Assembly (NCBI RefSeq): GCF_009914755.1
Contig: NC_060926.1
Reading direction: 5' to 3' (one strand)
From: the human T2T-CHM13v2.0 reference genome, Homo sapiens
DNA length: 64,000 nt
Below, piece by piece: positions 23,601 through 36,629 of this stretch. How positions within the stretch are numbered: the first letter of the stretch is position 1; each line of letters begins with the position of its first letter. Below the pieces are notes generated by a model. It was not told where the DNA came from, did not search any database, and saw only the letters and a program-made list of their open reading frames with translations. Both the position numbers and the translations under genes were made by a program.

Positions 23601-26600
23601 AATCAACATTTGCTTCCATTTAGAACCTAGATATTTGTTAAGAGATATTCTTAAAGTACCATTCTTAGGTTGCTGGAGAGCGTCTTCAAGGGTAGATAAT
23701 TTCAGGAAACACATAAGTAGGAATTTGTTTCTGTCAGTTCTTTGTGACTTTCCCTCTTCCTGTCTCTAGGAGGGCTTTATAAAACTTTCTGAATGGTCCT
23801 CCTAAAAAAGTAATCTGGGAAAATAGATCCACACAACTATATCAATGTGAAATTTCACATAGATTTGAAGGGCTAGTGCAGTAATTTCTCGGAAAAAAAT
23901 CATTGGGGATTTGTTAGATTAGTCGTGGTAGATTTGGGGGGTGCATCTCTCTTCTTCTATTAATAGAATAGCAATGAAACTTAAATAATTAATATAAATT
24001 CTAATTTAGATTAGAATTTCTTGATGTTCGGTTGGACAACTAAGATGCCTTTGTGGGGTTAACTAACAAGGACCCAACAAGTCCCAACTAACAAGGAAGG
24101 TTATTTGCAGGGAAAGTGGTGTTAAGGAGATCTGAAAGAGGAGGGCCAGGCTCCATAGCTCCTTGGGCTGCCACTCCTGCTCTGGACAGAATGGTATAAG
24201 AATATAGAACTGTTGGAAGCCTCTTAGGCTAGAACCCAAGATTACTTTACTTTGGATCTAAAAATAAAGTTCAAAATTCACAAAATTTATACCAGGAGTT
24301 TGTGTCTTCTAAATAAATTCATTTTAGTAATTCCTCCAGACTGATGGTATCTCTGTGTATCTTAAGACAAAGGTACACACATTCCTCTTCATCCCCAGCT
24401 CTAAATAGAAAAGGCAAAAGATTTGCTTTTCTAATCGTGTTCTGCATTGCTTTCTGTGTTTGCCCAAGTACATACCTGTCTCATGAATAAGCTCTCTGGT
24501 AGGAGGGCTGAGGCACAGTGAACAATCCCCCAGGGCGTGAGACACAGAATTGCACCAGTGGCCTGTCTGCCACCCAGCTCTGAAACACAAGCAGGCTTAT
24601 CCCGTCAAGATTGAACCTGTGTGCTGAATGCTGTGAGCTCCCAGGCCAGCATGAGGGTGGCCAGGTGGGGAAGATAATCTGGATTTGCATGCCAGCTCCT
24701 TTGCTGGAGATGGCTGATGCTTTGTGTTTGTTTCGAATATTATTTCCATGGTTCTTTTATTAAAATCAGCTGTTGGGCTCCCACAAATTATTCTTAGCTC
24801 GACAGACCAAAACAAATGTCAAATAGTGAAAGTGTCATTCGAGTCCTAAAATGGGGAGTAGGCTGTAATCTTGTGTCTTGTAAAGATATAAAAATAGGAC
24901 TAGGCAGAACCCTGTCTAAGGTATAAAAGAAAGAGAAAATCAGTGCAGAAGACAGAGTAGGAGATTCAGCTAGGATGGAAGATGAAAAGATACCCTTGGC
25001 TTTCTAGAAGCTTTCCCAGTTACTGTTTTGTTTGTTGTTTGTTGTTGTTATTTATCTTTTTAATTTCATCTCTTCTTTAAATCAGCCCAACAGAAACAGA
25101 AAACAAAAGTTCCTTTCAGTTTTATCAAATCTGGAAAAAAATCATTTAATCATTAAAAAAGTCTACTGTGCTACTTACAAAAACAAAAAAGTTGACTATT
25201 TCCCTCTGCACTGCTCTCCCCTCTTGAGATCAAGTGTACAGAAGCACTTCGATGATCAAAGCATGTAGCCCCATCACATCAAGAGATGAGGATATCAGCT
25301 CCTTTCTATTTATTTCTATGGATAGGAATAGTGCTGTTATGTTGCCTCATCTCGATGGATTAGTGGAAAGCATTATGCTCTTCACAATGACCGTCAATAC
25401 CCTAGGTGAGAGGCAGGGCTGGCCTCAGCAATTCTTCCGGGTGACAGCCTCTAAGCAGAAGCTTGAGGGGACAGTGCCATGGCAAGGCTGCAGGTGGGTG
25501 CCGGCAAAGCCAGACATCGGGGAGCTTGCAATTCCAATAACCCACCCCCTGGGACCCACAACAGGGAGGGTCATGACCCGAGAGCCACACTAGCGAATCG
25601 CTCCATCTACCTGGCAGGACCACCACACACGGTCCCCCCATCTCAGAACCCCATCTCAGCACCGGGGCTGTGGGGCAGGCGAGGCTTTGGGTAGTGGACA
25701 GGGCTGTAGAAGGACATTTCCTGGATCGCAAGACCCCTCTTCCCCTCACCTAAGCATTTCTCTGAAATCCAGGATGCAATTCCATTTATGTGGAAGTGTT
25801 TCCTTATTATTTCTATTTTAAAAAGTATTGTCAAAGCCCCTTATCAAATCAATGGTGCATCTGACATAAACATGAAACAGTCAGATGCCATCGTGGTGTG
25901 GCAGAGAGTGATGGGAAGATGAGGGGGTTGATTTTTATTCTTCCATTAAATGTCTGGGTTGACCCTGAGTGGAACTTAAATTCCTTACCTACTTAATTTA
26001 GTGTCTTTATCTCTAAAATGAAGAGGTTAAACTGGATTATTTTCAGGGTCTTTTTTGAACTAGCAAGCACAGGAGTCCACACATAATTAAGCGCTGCAAA
26101 CGTGGGGGCGCGGATCAGAGTGGTCAGAGGCAAAGCAAGTTGTATGAGGCTGATGGAGGCAGGTCCCGTGGGATGGGAGGCCCCTCAGAGGGCCTGCAGG
26201 GAGCCCGTAGAACTCCCTGGGGACAGGCCTGAGTGCTCTGACAGGGGGATGGGGAGGTGACAGAGGGAGGCTGGGCACTTGGACCTGTGTGAGAAGGAGA
26301 AACGTGAAAGCAACTCTGTACCCAACAACAAGCAAATAAAAATGTAGTTCCCCCCCACCATGTGCCATCATGATAAAAGCAAAAGATGGCACTTTGTTGT
26401 TTTTAAAAGGATATTCCTTGCAACCCAAATATCCCCTAAATAATTTGTCACCCCTTCAGTTATGCTCCAAGTGGCAGTTAAGTTTCCCTTGGCACACAGA
26501 TCCACTGGAGAAATGGAATATTTGGTCACATTCTCCTGCAGAGGGAGGGAGGCCTGAGGGTGTGCTTGTGTTTCTAGGAAACAGCCGGTGCTTCAGCGCT

Positions 26601-28307
26601 GACCCCACACCTGAGTGACTGTCCAGGTCTGGGCAAAGGGAAAGCCGACATTAGTGTCTGGGGACAGCATGCTCATTGCAGCCTGAGGCCTCATCCTCAG
26701 CCCACACACTGAAGGTGTGAGACGTGCAGGCCCCCACATGGGGACAGACCTCCTTTCTCCTGTTTCTGCTCGGACAACCTGTGCAGCTCTGCTCACTGCT
26801 GCTGGAGTTTGGGAGTTGGGACCCCCTCTCTACCATGCACACAGAATCCCCAAGCCCCAGACGTCCAGGAAACACCACCAGATCCCTCATGTCTTGGTTC
26901 TGTCTTTTTCAGGCCCCCAGCAGGAAGTGGCTGGCTCAGGAGGTGGTGTCTCAGGTACTGCAGGAGTCATCCGTCTTCTCTTCTGCACTGGGGAGTCATT
27001 CTCTGACCTTGGGTTTACCTTTCAGAACGCTCCCAGCTCTGGACACAGGGCTTGGTGGGGACCTCCTTCGGAAGTGTCACCCTGAGGCAGAGCCAAATGC
27101 CGCAGCAACCGCCTCTCCTCCACCCTCTTCCTCCTTCAATGCAAGATTGCAATGAGATTGGCCCATAGGGCGGTTCAAAGAAGCAAAAGGTTATGATTAG
27201 GAAATACCGGTATTAAATAATTTCCCTTGGTTTCATTTCCTCTTATGACTGAATCCCAGCAGGGCCTCCCAATTCTTTTCCTTCAATTGGCTGTTTTATG
27301 TCCAATTCCAGGACGGGCTGGGTCCCGACTGTAAGCACCCCCCAACCCTCCCAATCCCTCCTTTGAGTCCTGACCATTTAGCCCAAGACAATTTTAAAAT
27401 CGCAGAAGCTTAAGGCTGGAAAGCATTTTGACAGGTCCCCCAGGCTAACGTTATATGCGTTTTCTCCTGTTTTGCCTGAATTGAGCCAGAGGAGGGCTGA
27501 GCGCCTCATGTTCCCCTGAAGCATGCGGGCTTTGGAGGTGGCCAGGCTGGGCTGGCTCCTTCAGGGACAGCCCTGAGGCTCCCTCCCTGCAGCTGCTCAC
27601 GCTGCAGCTGGCCTGCTGCCTGGACTTTCAGGGAACACCTACAGTGGGCCAGGCATTGTATGAAGGTAACTAGAACTAGGCTCCTGAAAACTTTAGTGGA
27701 AATAGCAGCACTTTGCATTAAGTAAGATGTGGGCTACCTTACCCTCCAGAAGGGAGAGCATGTCCCAGTCCACATGTATTTCAACCAGTATCTTTTTAAA
27801 GAAGAATGGTACAACTAGAATACTCAGGGTGTGGCCTGGCTGGTGCCCAGGGTGACGGGGCCATGCCTCCGTGGGGACGCCACATTTGTAACTATGCCTG
27901 CATCTAGACCCATCTAATGTTTTAGTGTGTGGTTGATGAAAGCCACTGATATTTTTCTGCACCATGCTTTTGAAATTTGATATTTGGATGAATTATTCAA
28001 TTCCCCTGATATTTCTGAGCTGCTTTTTCTGAGTCAGGCACTGGTGGTTTGGTGTCACACAGGGAGACGTGCTCCAGGCCCCCGTGGCACTCACAGTGCA
28101 GCAGGAAGACAAATCACCTGCTTCACACAAGTCGGTGTTTGGTTACAATTGTGGGAAGAGTTTTGAGGAGAGGAAAGTGTGCTTGCTGAGGAATAATGGC
28201 CAGGAAAGGATTCCTGAGGAAGGGACATTCACATGGAGACCTCCAGGATCACTGGTGTCAGCCCGGAAGCAAAAGGAATTCCCAGGAGAGGAAAGAGCTC
28301 ATGCAAG

Positions 28308-29047
28308 GACCCTGAGACCTCACACTGGGCGGAGAGAGACCCTGAGTCTCCACACTGAGCAGAGAGAGACCCTGAGACCTCATACTGGGTGGAGAGAGAC
28401 CCTGAGTCCCCACACTGAGCAGAGAGAGGCCGAGTCCTCACAATGGGTGGAGAGAGACCCTGAGTCCCCGCACTGGGCGGAGAGAGACCCTGAGTCTCCA
28501 CACTGAGCAGAGAGAGGCCGAGTCCCCCCACTGGGCAGAGAGAGACCCTGAGTCCTCACACTGGGTGGAGAGAGACCCTGAGTTCCCACACTGGGCGGAG
28601 AGAGGCCCTGAGTCCCCACACTGGGCGGAGAGAGACCCTGAGTCCCCACGCTGAGCAAAGAGAGGCTGAGTCCCCACATTGGGCAGAGAGAGACCCTGAG
28701 TCCCCACACTGGGCGGAGAGAGGCCCTGAGTCCCCATGCTGGGTGGAGAGAGGCCCTGAGCCCCTACACTGGGTGGAGAGAGACCCAGAGTCCTCACACT
28801 GGGTGGAGAGAGACCCTGAGTCCCCACAATGGGTGGAGAGAGGCCCTGAGTCCCCACACTGGGCAGAGAGAAGCAGAGTCCCCACACTGGGTGGAGAGAG
28901 ACCCTGAGTCCCCACACTGGGCAGAGAGAAGCAGAGTCCCCACACTGGGTGGAGAGAGACCCTGAGTCCCCACGCTGGGTGGAGAGAGACCCTGAGTCCT
29001 CAAATCAGGTGGAGGGAGACCCTGAGTCCTCACAGTGAGCACAGAGA
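28308..29047 (+). repeat. Minisatellite, 28-30 bp unit, about 25 copies
   Basis: Consensus GAGAGAGACCCTGAGTCCCCACACTGGGTG in head-to-tail array. Confidence 0.97.
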
Positions 29048-29457
29048 GATGTAGGTGGAGCTAAGGCACACAGGGGCTGAAGACCAGGCAAGGACATGAC
29101 TCCTCATCCTAAAAGCAACGGGAAACCCAGGCCTTTGGTCTAGACTTATCCCATATTAGATTGGCTTTTTCAAGGGTCAGTTGGGACACTGTGTAGAGAT
29201 TGGCGTGGTCTGGAGTTGGAGGAAAAGACAGCAGGCAGAAGCTGGATCCAGGTGAGTCATGAAAGTGAGGCTTCAGAGGGCAGGTGTATTGAGAGGTCCA
29301 GTGGACAGGACTTGGTAATGAACCGGCTGACCAGCTTGTAGACTTGGCAATGGAGGAGTCAGATGCTCTGAAAGGGATCAGGAGAAAGGAAGAAGGACTG
29401 GGAAAGGGATGAGGCAAGACTTACTCAGAGTTCTGTCTGATGTGCCTTTCAGTCCTC

Positions 29458-29823
29458 CGTCTTAGCCCATGCATACTACTGTAAAGAATACCTAACACTC
29501 AGTGGCTTATAAACAACAGAAATTTATTTCATATGGTTCTGGAGGCTGGAAAATCCAAGATTAAGGTGGTGGCAGGTTTGGTGTCTGGCAAGGGCCTGCC
29601 TGCTTTCCGGTTTATAGATGGCACCTTCTTGCTGTGTCTTCAAATGGTAGAAGGGGTGAGGGAATTCTCTTGGGCCTCTTTGATAAGGACACTAATCTCA
29701 TTCATGAGGCTCTGCTCTCACGATCTACTCACCTCCCAAAGACCCCACTCCTAATACCATCACTTTGAGGGTTAGGTTTTAATGTATGAATTTTGGGGGG
29801 AAACAAACATTCTGACTGTAGCT
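29458..29823 (-). mobile_element. MaLR solo LTR (MLT1A-like)
   Basis: GTGGCTTATAAACAACAGAAATTTATTTC, GTTCTGGAGGCTGGAAAATCCAAGAT, ACAAACATTC end. Confidence 0.9.
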
Positions 29824-30609
29824 CCACCCACGGGAGATGTCAAGCATGTTGGCGGCTATGCTGGAAGGGGCATCAGAGAAGTCAGAGAAGTTCTCTGTCC
29901 TGAGCACCAGGAGAAACCTGGGTGCTCAGGGGGAATGCCTGGCCAGAGACACAAATGTGACAGTTGTTAGCAGGAGGATGTAATACCAGCCTCCAGCAAT
30001 CTAGCCTTGGACAAGTCTGGAGGAGAGCTTACAAAGGCAGAGGAGAAAGCCAGCACAGAGCCTCAAGCCTCTCATATTTTAAAGAGGGGTTTGCCTGATG
30101 CTAATGCAGGCCACACATGGTATACACCGACGGCGCCCCACCCCCGCCCTGTGTTCCTGTGTCCTGGGTCCTGCTCTAATCACTTCACCCGCGTTACCTC
30201 ATCGACTCACCCTGCAGTCATATGAGGTGATATGCCATCACTCCCATTTTACAGAGAGATCAACCGAGGCACAAAGAGATTCTGCAACCTGGCTTGGGCA
30301 GTCTGAGTTCTTCACCCCTGCCCTCCCTGCATGCAGCGAAGCAGCCCAGGTAGGGGCTGGGTAAAGTGGAAAGGCCAGGACCTCTGCCAAGGAAAGAGGT
30401 GACCACTCAGCTCTGGTGTCTTTGCCCTGGGGCAGGGAGGGCCGGGGTGTGGGATCTGGGCCTTTGGAGTTTTCAAGAGAATCTGGATTTCTATGTGTAG
30501 TTTACCAGTTTTTAAATACTAGCATTTGTTCACATTTTTAAAAGCACTGTTGGGGCAAAAAAAAAAAAATTGGGGGGAGCTGACTTCAGATGGTAAGATT
30601 TTAAATCTC

Positions 30610-30775
30610 CGTCTAAGTTGCTAAGAGAAGAAATTTTAGGCGCCCTTACAGTGAAAAGCGGTAATTATGCGAGGTGATGGATACGCTAATTTGCTTGACT
30701 GTAGTAGCCATTACATCGTGTATGTCAAAACAACACCCTGTATGCCCGCCTTATAAATACACACACACAAAAAGG
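30610..30775 (+). mobile_element. L1 3' terminal fragment (L1MA-like)
   Basis: TTGCTAAGAGA...TATGCGAGGTGATGGATACGCTAATT.GCTTGA motif. Confidence 0.75.
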
Positions 30776-33354
30776 TTGGAAGAGAAGGGGCTGTTCCAGG
30801 ATTTGGAGGAATAGGGGTGCCCAGCGGGACAGAAGTTCTGAGCCCTGTCGTGGGCCGAAAGCCAGGGATGTGTCTGCCCAACAGAACTTCAGTTTATGGT
30901 TGGCTTCCTCTGTGCACATGTTGCTAGTCAACACAGGGACTAGTCGAAAAACTAGGTTTTTTCCCTTCCTGTGGTCAATCCTCTGAATTTTCTTCTTGTT
31001 TTCTTTGTGCAATCTTTCATTTATTTCAGATTCCAAGGCAGAAGTCACTGAGAAGTTGTTCAGTGACCAGGGTCAAGGGTTGGCCGTTTCTAAGGCTGAG
31101 TGTGGCAGAGGGCACCAGGAGCTTGTCTTGCTGGTGGAGCTGGGGAACCCCAGGACCCGTGCGCCTCAAACCTGGGCCAGGAGTGAGGAGCTGGCCTCCG
31201 CTAGGCTGAACTTGACTCACAGACCGGTTTGGTGTGGGCCATCCAGTTGAAAGGAGTTGTCAATGTTTAATATTTGCTAGGCTTCACAGAAAATTTAAAC
31301 TTGGAATATTTTTCTGAAAATGTGGATGATCAGGACCAAGTTATTCTCCCGTAAGGCCACAGTCTGCTGGAGGTAAGTGGTGCTGACCACATTAGTGGGG
31401 GCTCCCTCTCCCCAATTAATGGCAGCCTCCCCTCCTCTGCTGTCTTCTCCTTGGCTTACTTTACCCATTTCCTTTCCTGCCTGGACTCTCTGCACAGGTG
31501 CATTTGAGACCCTGCAGGAAAGCTCAGCAAACTGAACAGCGCCCCCAAAGCCCTCCTCACTCCAGGAGACACAGGTGGAATTAAGGGCTGAATAATCAAA
31601 CACACCCCCTGACAGCTCACACTGGCCCTACCTCTTGTCCCTAGAATCACTGTCTGGGTCCCTAGAATCACAGCCCCTTGCATCAGTGGCAGAATTGGAG
31701 TGTGATTTGGGGGCTCTTTACCCTGTTCCTGGTCCCCACATTGGCTTTTGGGCTTTTGGGCTTGGAGGGCCACTGTCTGGTACTGCCTACTTCCACCTTG
31801 GAGTAAAAAGATCTGGGCAAAAATGAGGCATCCAAAAAGCAGTGAGTGTGCCTCCGTCTCCCTCCCCCGCCCCAAATCCCTTATTTTGGCACTGATTTAA
31901 ACAGGAGTAACGAAGTCACCTGAGGGCTCCCCCTCCTCCAGAGTCCTTGGGTCCCTGCAGTACTTAATTCCCATTCGGCCTCACTGTCCTTCAGACCCAG
32001 GCTTGGCATCTGGGCTGAGCCCTATCCCAAAGTGGTTTCCATGCTCAGACTGAAGCAGGATATGTGCTTTCTCCGTCCCCAGGGAATGACATCTCCAGCC
32101 AGCTCTTCTCCAGAGAACACTGTTTCCTCTCTCCTGCTTACTCTTCAAGACTTCCCTTTGATGTCACCTGGTCTGTGAGACAGCCTTTCCTGGGACCCCC
32201 CACGGAGAGAGAACCCACTCATAAGACTCCAAAATGCCAAGGCGCCCAGCTTCTCATGCCCACCTCTGAGCTGTGAGGCAGAGGCCTGTTTATTTTGGGT
32301 TGATGAGTAAATCATGTGGAACAGAATCAAAAGCTCTGCTGAAGTCAACACAGATGACATCTGTCACTTCCTCTTAATCCATCAGTCAGGGGGAGAGGGC
32401 ATTGGATTAATTAGACAGGCTCTTTCAAACGTTTGCCAGCAATGACTCCATGCCCTTTTTCTCTCATGCACTGGTGAAGGAAAACAATGAATTTTCACCC
32501 TATTGTTTATCTTAGAAGGGTCAGGTTTTGAGGTCAAACATCAGTGTAAAATTTTGTCTTAAAAAATGCACATGCATTCTAACTGCTAATAGCTCATATG
32601 CCCATCTTTGAAATCAAAGTTCTTGTTTCTTTACGAATGTGCCCACTGCAAGGATATCAAAGCATTGGCAGACATTAAGTCAGTGGCTTTGCCTAAGCCA
32701 GGCTTTCTCTCGTTGAAAAGGGGGGATCTATTTGGGGAGAGAGTCTCTGGGGGCCGTGATTTATCCAGTTTGATTACATGGAACACTGGTCTCTGTTTAT
32801 TTGCTGCAACATGGCATCTGCCTTGGGAGGAGATGCTCCACAGTCGACTAGAGCCTCTGCCAGCTGTGGCCACTTGTCTTCAGGCTGCACCTGTGTGAGT
32901 CCCTTACTCGGCTCACTGAGCATGACTCCTTCTGACCTCAGGGAATGAATGGCCTGTTTCCCAGGCACAGGACAGATCCTGAATGTCCCCAACCCTGAGA
33001 GTGTGTGCGTCCAGCCTCCTCTCTTGCCTGATCTCGTCCTGGCCCTGCCCTGGCACTTGTTCCTCACTGTTTGGTTCACTAATTTGCTGTTCAATATAGA
33101 ACTTTGTCCTTTCCTAACATGCTTGGAGTCCCCTGGGTCTTTCATTCTATTCAGTTTTCCTGAAACTAGCCTTGTCCTCATCCAGCCTTCTGGGCCTATG
33201 CGAGAGCTGCCTGGATTCCTCACTGGGGGAAGCGGAGGCAGGAGAGGAGGGGCCTTGGATGTGAATGCCAGCTCCTCCACTTACTACCTGGACCCTGCCA
33301 GAGCCACTTGACTCTCTCGGCTTCTGTGCGTTCATATTTAGAGTGCGCATAACA

Positions 33355-33842
33355 CAGTCGGCCCTTGAACAACACTGAACTGCAAGGTTTGAACTGCAAG
33401 GGTCCACTTACACACAGATATTTTTAAATAAAATTTACACCAAGCTTGCCTTTCTCTCCTGACTCCCCTTCCACCTTTGCCGTCCCAGAGACTGTAAGAC
33501 CAACCCCTTCTCCTCCTACTCAGCCTCCTCAACATGAGGATGAGGAGGAAGACCTTTATGATGATCCACTTCCAATTAATGAATAGTAAATATATTTTCT
33601 CATCCTTATGATTTTGTTATCAACATTTTCTTGTCTCTAGCTTACTTTATTGTAAGAATACAGTATACAATACATATAATATACAAACCATGTGCTAACT
33701 CATTTTTTAAGTTGTTGGTAAGTCTTCCAGTCCACAGTAGGCTATTAGTAGTTAAATTCTGGGGGAGTCAAAAGTTATGTGTGAATTTTAAACTGCTCAG
33801 GGGTTGGTACCCCTAACCTCCACATCGTTCGAGGCTCAAGCG
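33355..33842 (+). mobile_element. Tigger2a/MER28-like TcMar DNA transposon
   Basis: CAGTCGGCCCTTGAACAAC...GGTTTGAACTGC..GGGTCCACTTA start; GAAGACCTTTATGATGATCCACTTCC; degenerate inverted end. Confidence 0.88.
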
Positions 33843-33959
33843 TCTTATCTTTCTTAGAGACTTGCTATAGGGATTCAGTTAATATAGAAAAATATGTTTG
33901 GATCAATACTTGGCACAGGATGGTACTGTCCTGGGAGCTGTGCCTGAAAATAAGCTGTA

Positions 33960-35135
33960 GAAGGAAACATAAGACCTCTCCTTTTGCAATAACAAGAAAC
34001 CATTAGATAAATCAAAATCAAACACTCTTGTGAAATTGTTGACACCCATAATGTGTAAAAAGCTAAATTCCAGAAGAACCAGCCCTTCCTGCGTGATCAA
34101 GGGCCAGTTGTTGAGGTTGAGGCCCAGCAAGGAAAAGAGCAAGCCCCCCGCAGAGGCCAGTCTTCGCCAAATCAAGGAGAAAGCAGGCAAATGTTGCCAG
34201 TCAGCCAGGCTTGTGTGTGGGTTTGGCTGTGGAGGAACTCCAGTGTGCTAAGGGTTCTGTCTGCCTCTCTCCTATGGGAATTCCTCTGAGTTATCAGGGG
34301 TTGGGGATAGCAAAGTCATGTGACTGGCTGTTCTTCCATCTAACAGTCTTGAGATTTCACAGCCTCAAGGTTTATCATTTTGAGATCTTGCAATATTGAG
34401 GAGTTTAAGCCCAGAGCCTTTCTTGAGAGAGAGGCTGCAACTAAGCAAAGCTGCAAGCAGGTTTCCACCCAATTCAACTTCAGATGAAATCAAAGATACC
34501 AGTCTAGTGGGAGTTGAGGAAGTTGGAGGCTAAGCTGAAAAGCAAAGAGAGATCTCCTTGATCCAGTTGGAGTTGAGTTGATTGTATTCCTTTAGGAGGC
34601 CTTAAAAGGCTTTTATGCCTTTGTAGGGCCTTAATGTTTAAACACAAGGAGTTTAACTAATCAGCTCCTCACCTGAGATATGTAATAAAAGAAAGGACAT
34701 TCCGTCTGATGGTGAATTTCATACATGTGTGTGTGTTTCAGCCTTTACTTTCTAGACACAGTGTCCAACATACAATTTTTTTAATGGTAAGGCATGGGAG
34801 AAGCAGGAGAATATGATCCACAGTCAAGAGTAAAATCTGCAATGGAAACAGGCCCACTGATGATCCACATACTGGAATTACCAAAGACTTTAACATACCT
34901 ATAGTAAATATGTTAAAGAAGCTCAGGAAAATATGAGTGTAACTGGCAAAGAAGAGAAAAATCTCATCAGCCATGAAAACAATAAAAAAGAACTAAGTGG
35001 AACTCTTAGAATGAAAAACTGGAAAATGTAATAATTGTAATAAAACATTTTCTGGATGGGATAAAGAGCAGATCCCATTAAACAGAGAAAAAAATAAGTG
35101 GACTGAAAGATCAATAGAAAAATTATTGTGTCTCC
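33960..35135 (+). mobile_element. Old L1M 5' region/ORF1 fragment
   Basis: A-rich ORF1-like segment at 34750-35130 (GAATTACCAAAGACTTTAA..CTATAGTAAATATGTTAAAGAA); 5' boundary uncertain. Confidence 0.5.
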
Positions 35136-35139
35136 AGTT

Positions 35140-35433
35140 TTTTTTTTTTTTTTGAGACAGAGTCTCGCTCTGTTGCCCAGGCTAGAGAGCAATGGCATGA
35201 TCTTGGCTCACTGCAACCTCCGCCTCCTGGGTTCAAGCGATTCTCCTGCCTCAGCCTCCTGAGTAGCTAGGACTACAGGTGCCTGCCACCACATCTGGCT
35301 AATTTTTGTATTTTTAGTAGAGACGGGGTTTCACTATGTTGGCCAGACTGGTCTTGAACTCCTGACCTTGTGATCCACCCGCCTTGGCCTCCCAAAGTGC
35401 TGGGATTACAGGCGTGAGCCACTGTGCCCGGGC
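35140..35433 (-). mobile_element. Alu (AluSg-like)
   Basis: Alu consensus; TSD TCTCCAGTT at 35131-35139 and 35434-35442. Confidence 0.97.
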
Positions 35434-35442
35434 TCTCCAGTT

Positions 35443-35870
35443 GTTTTTTTAAATTGAGGTATAATTGATTAATTGATATACAGTGAAATGCACAGATCGC
35501 AAGTGTGTGGTTCGATGACTGGTGACTATTGCACCTGCCTATGTAACCCACATTCCTCTCAAGATGGAACAAGTCCAGCACTGCAGAAACATTTCTTGTG
35601 CTCCTCCCTAGTCAGTCCCCACCCATCACCCAATGACAACCACAGTTCTGATTTCTTTTACCATAGAATAGTTTTTGCTTTTCTAGAACTTCTTAGGAAT
35701 GAAATTATACAATATATAGTATTTTGTGTCTGGCTTTTTTTTTTTTTGCTCAGTATAATTGTTTTTTCAATTAATCCATGTTGTTGCATATATCAGGCTT
35801 TTCTTTTTGTTACTGAATAGGATTCCATTTTATGGATATCCTACAATATGTTTATCCACTCTTTAGCCCG
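35443..35870 (-). mobile_element. L1 3' end (L1MC/ME-like)
   Basis: TTTAAATTGAGGTATAATT..ATACAGTGAAATGCACAGAT; TTTTGTGTCTGGCTT. Confidence 0.8.
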
Positions 35871-36629
35871 TTTCTGGACTGATGGTCACTCAGCAGCCCC
35901 TTCTATTGGCCATGCCAGACACAGGGCCCAGGTAACATAGGGCCAAGGTCACACTTCTTGTCTGTGGTTTTCATGCCTTTTCAAGTTAGAATTGAGTAAG
36001 AAACCTTTCAAACCAAAATATAGAATGTTGGATGGTAGTGGAGGGGGCACTGGGAGGAGTAGAGCCCCACCTAACCCTCACCTCCCTCAGGAACTTGGAG
36101 GGAGCTCTTGGTCTGAAGGATGGTGCCCAAATGAAATAAAAAGACATCCCCAGCTCATCTCCCTCCTCAAAGCTTTCCCAAGGCTGCCTGGACCTTCCCC
36201 AGGATGGTCTAATTCTTGTTGCTAATTATTATTTATAATCCTATGCATTGTGTTTGAAAAGTAATATGAGTTAACTTACAAAGATACACACATATAGCAG
36301 AATACCATAATAGGAAAAAGTAGGATAAATAAGGAAATTGAAGTGAGAGCAAATGAAAGGGTACTAAGAGGAAGAAAAGTGAGCACTCAAAGTCCCAGGA
36401 ATTTCTAGAGACAAGCCCAGACTGGGCTCAGAGGTTCTGAAGCCGAAAATGCTCTAAGGTCAAATACATTTGGGAAATACTGCTTACCTATCCCAACTTT
36501 GGAGATTTGCTGTGCACACTGGCATGCTAAGGGCTCTGGGCTTCTTTGTAGTAAAGAATCTACTTTACTTGCTTTCCACCTCTCTCTCTTGCTCTCTCTC
36601 TTTCACACACACACACACACACACACGAT

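Noticed and set aside
28308-29047. 30-bp periodic repeat as a CRISPR-like array or repeat protein gene
   Set aside because: Units are head-to-tail without unique spacers, there are no cas genes, and the context is primate; the ORFs arise from unit length.
31637-31671. Small duplication GTCCCTAGAATCAC x2 (similar ones near 24061 and 63276)
   Set aside because: Ordinary slippage-scale duplications with no further structure.
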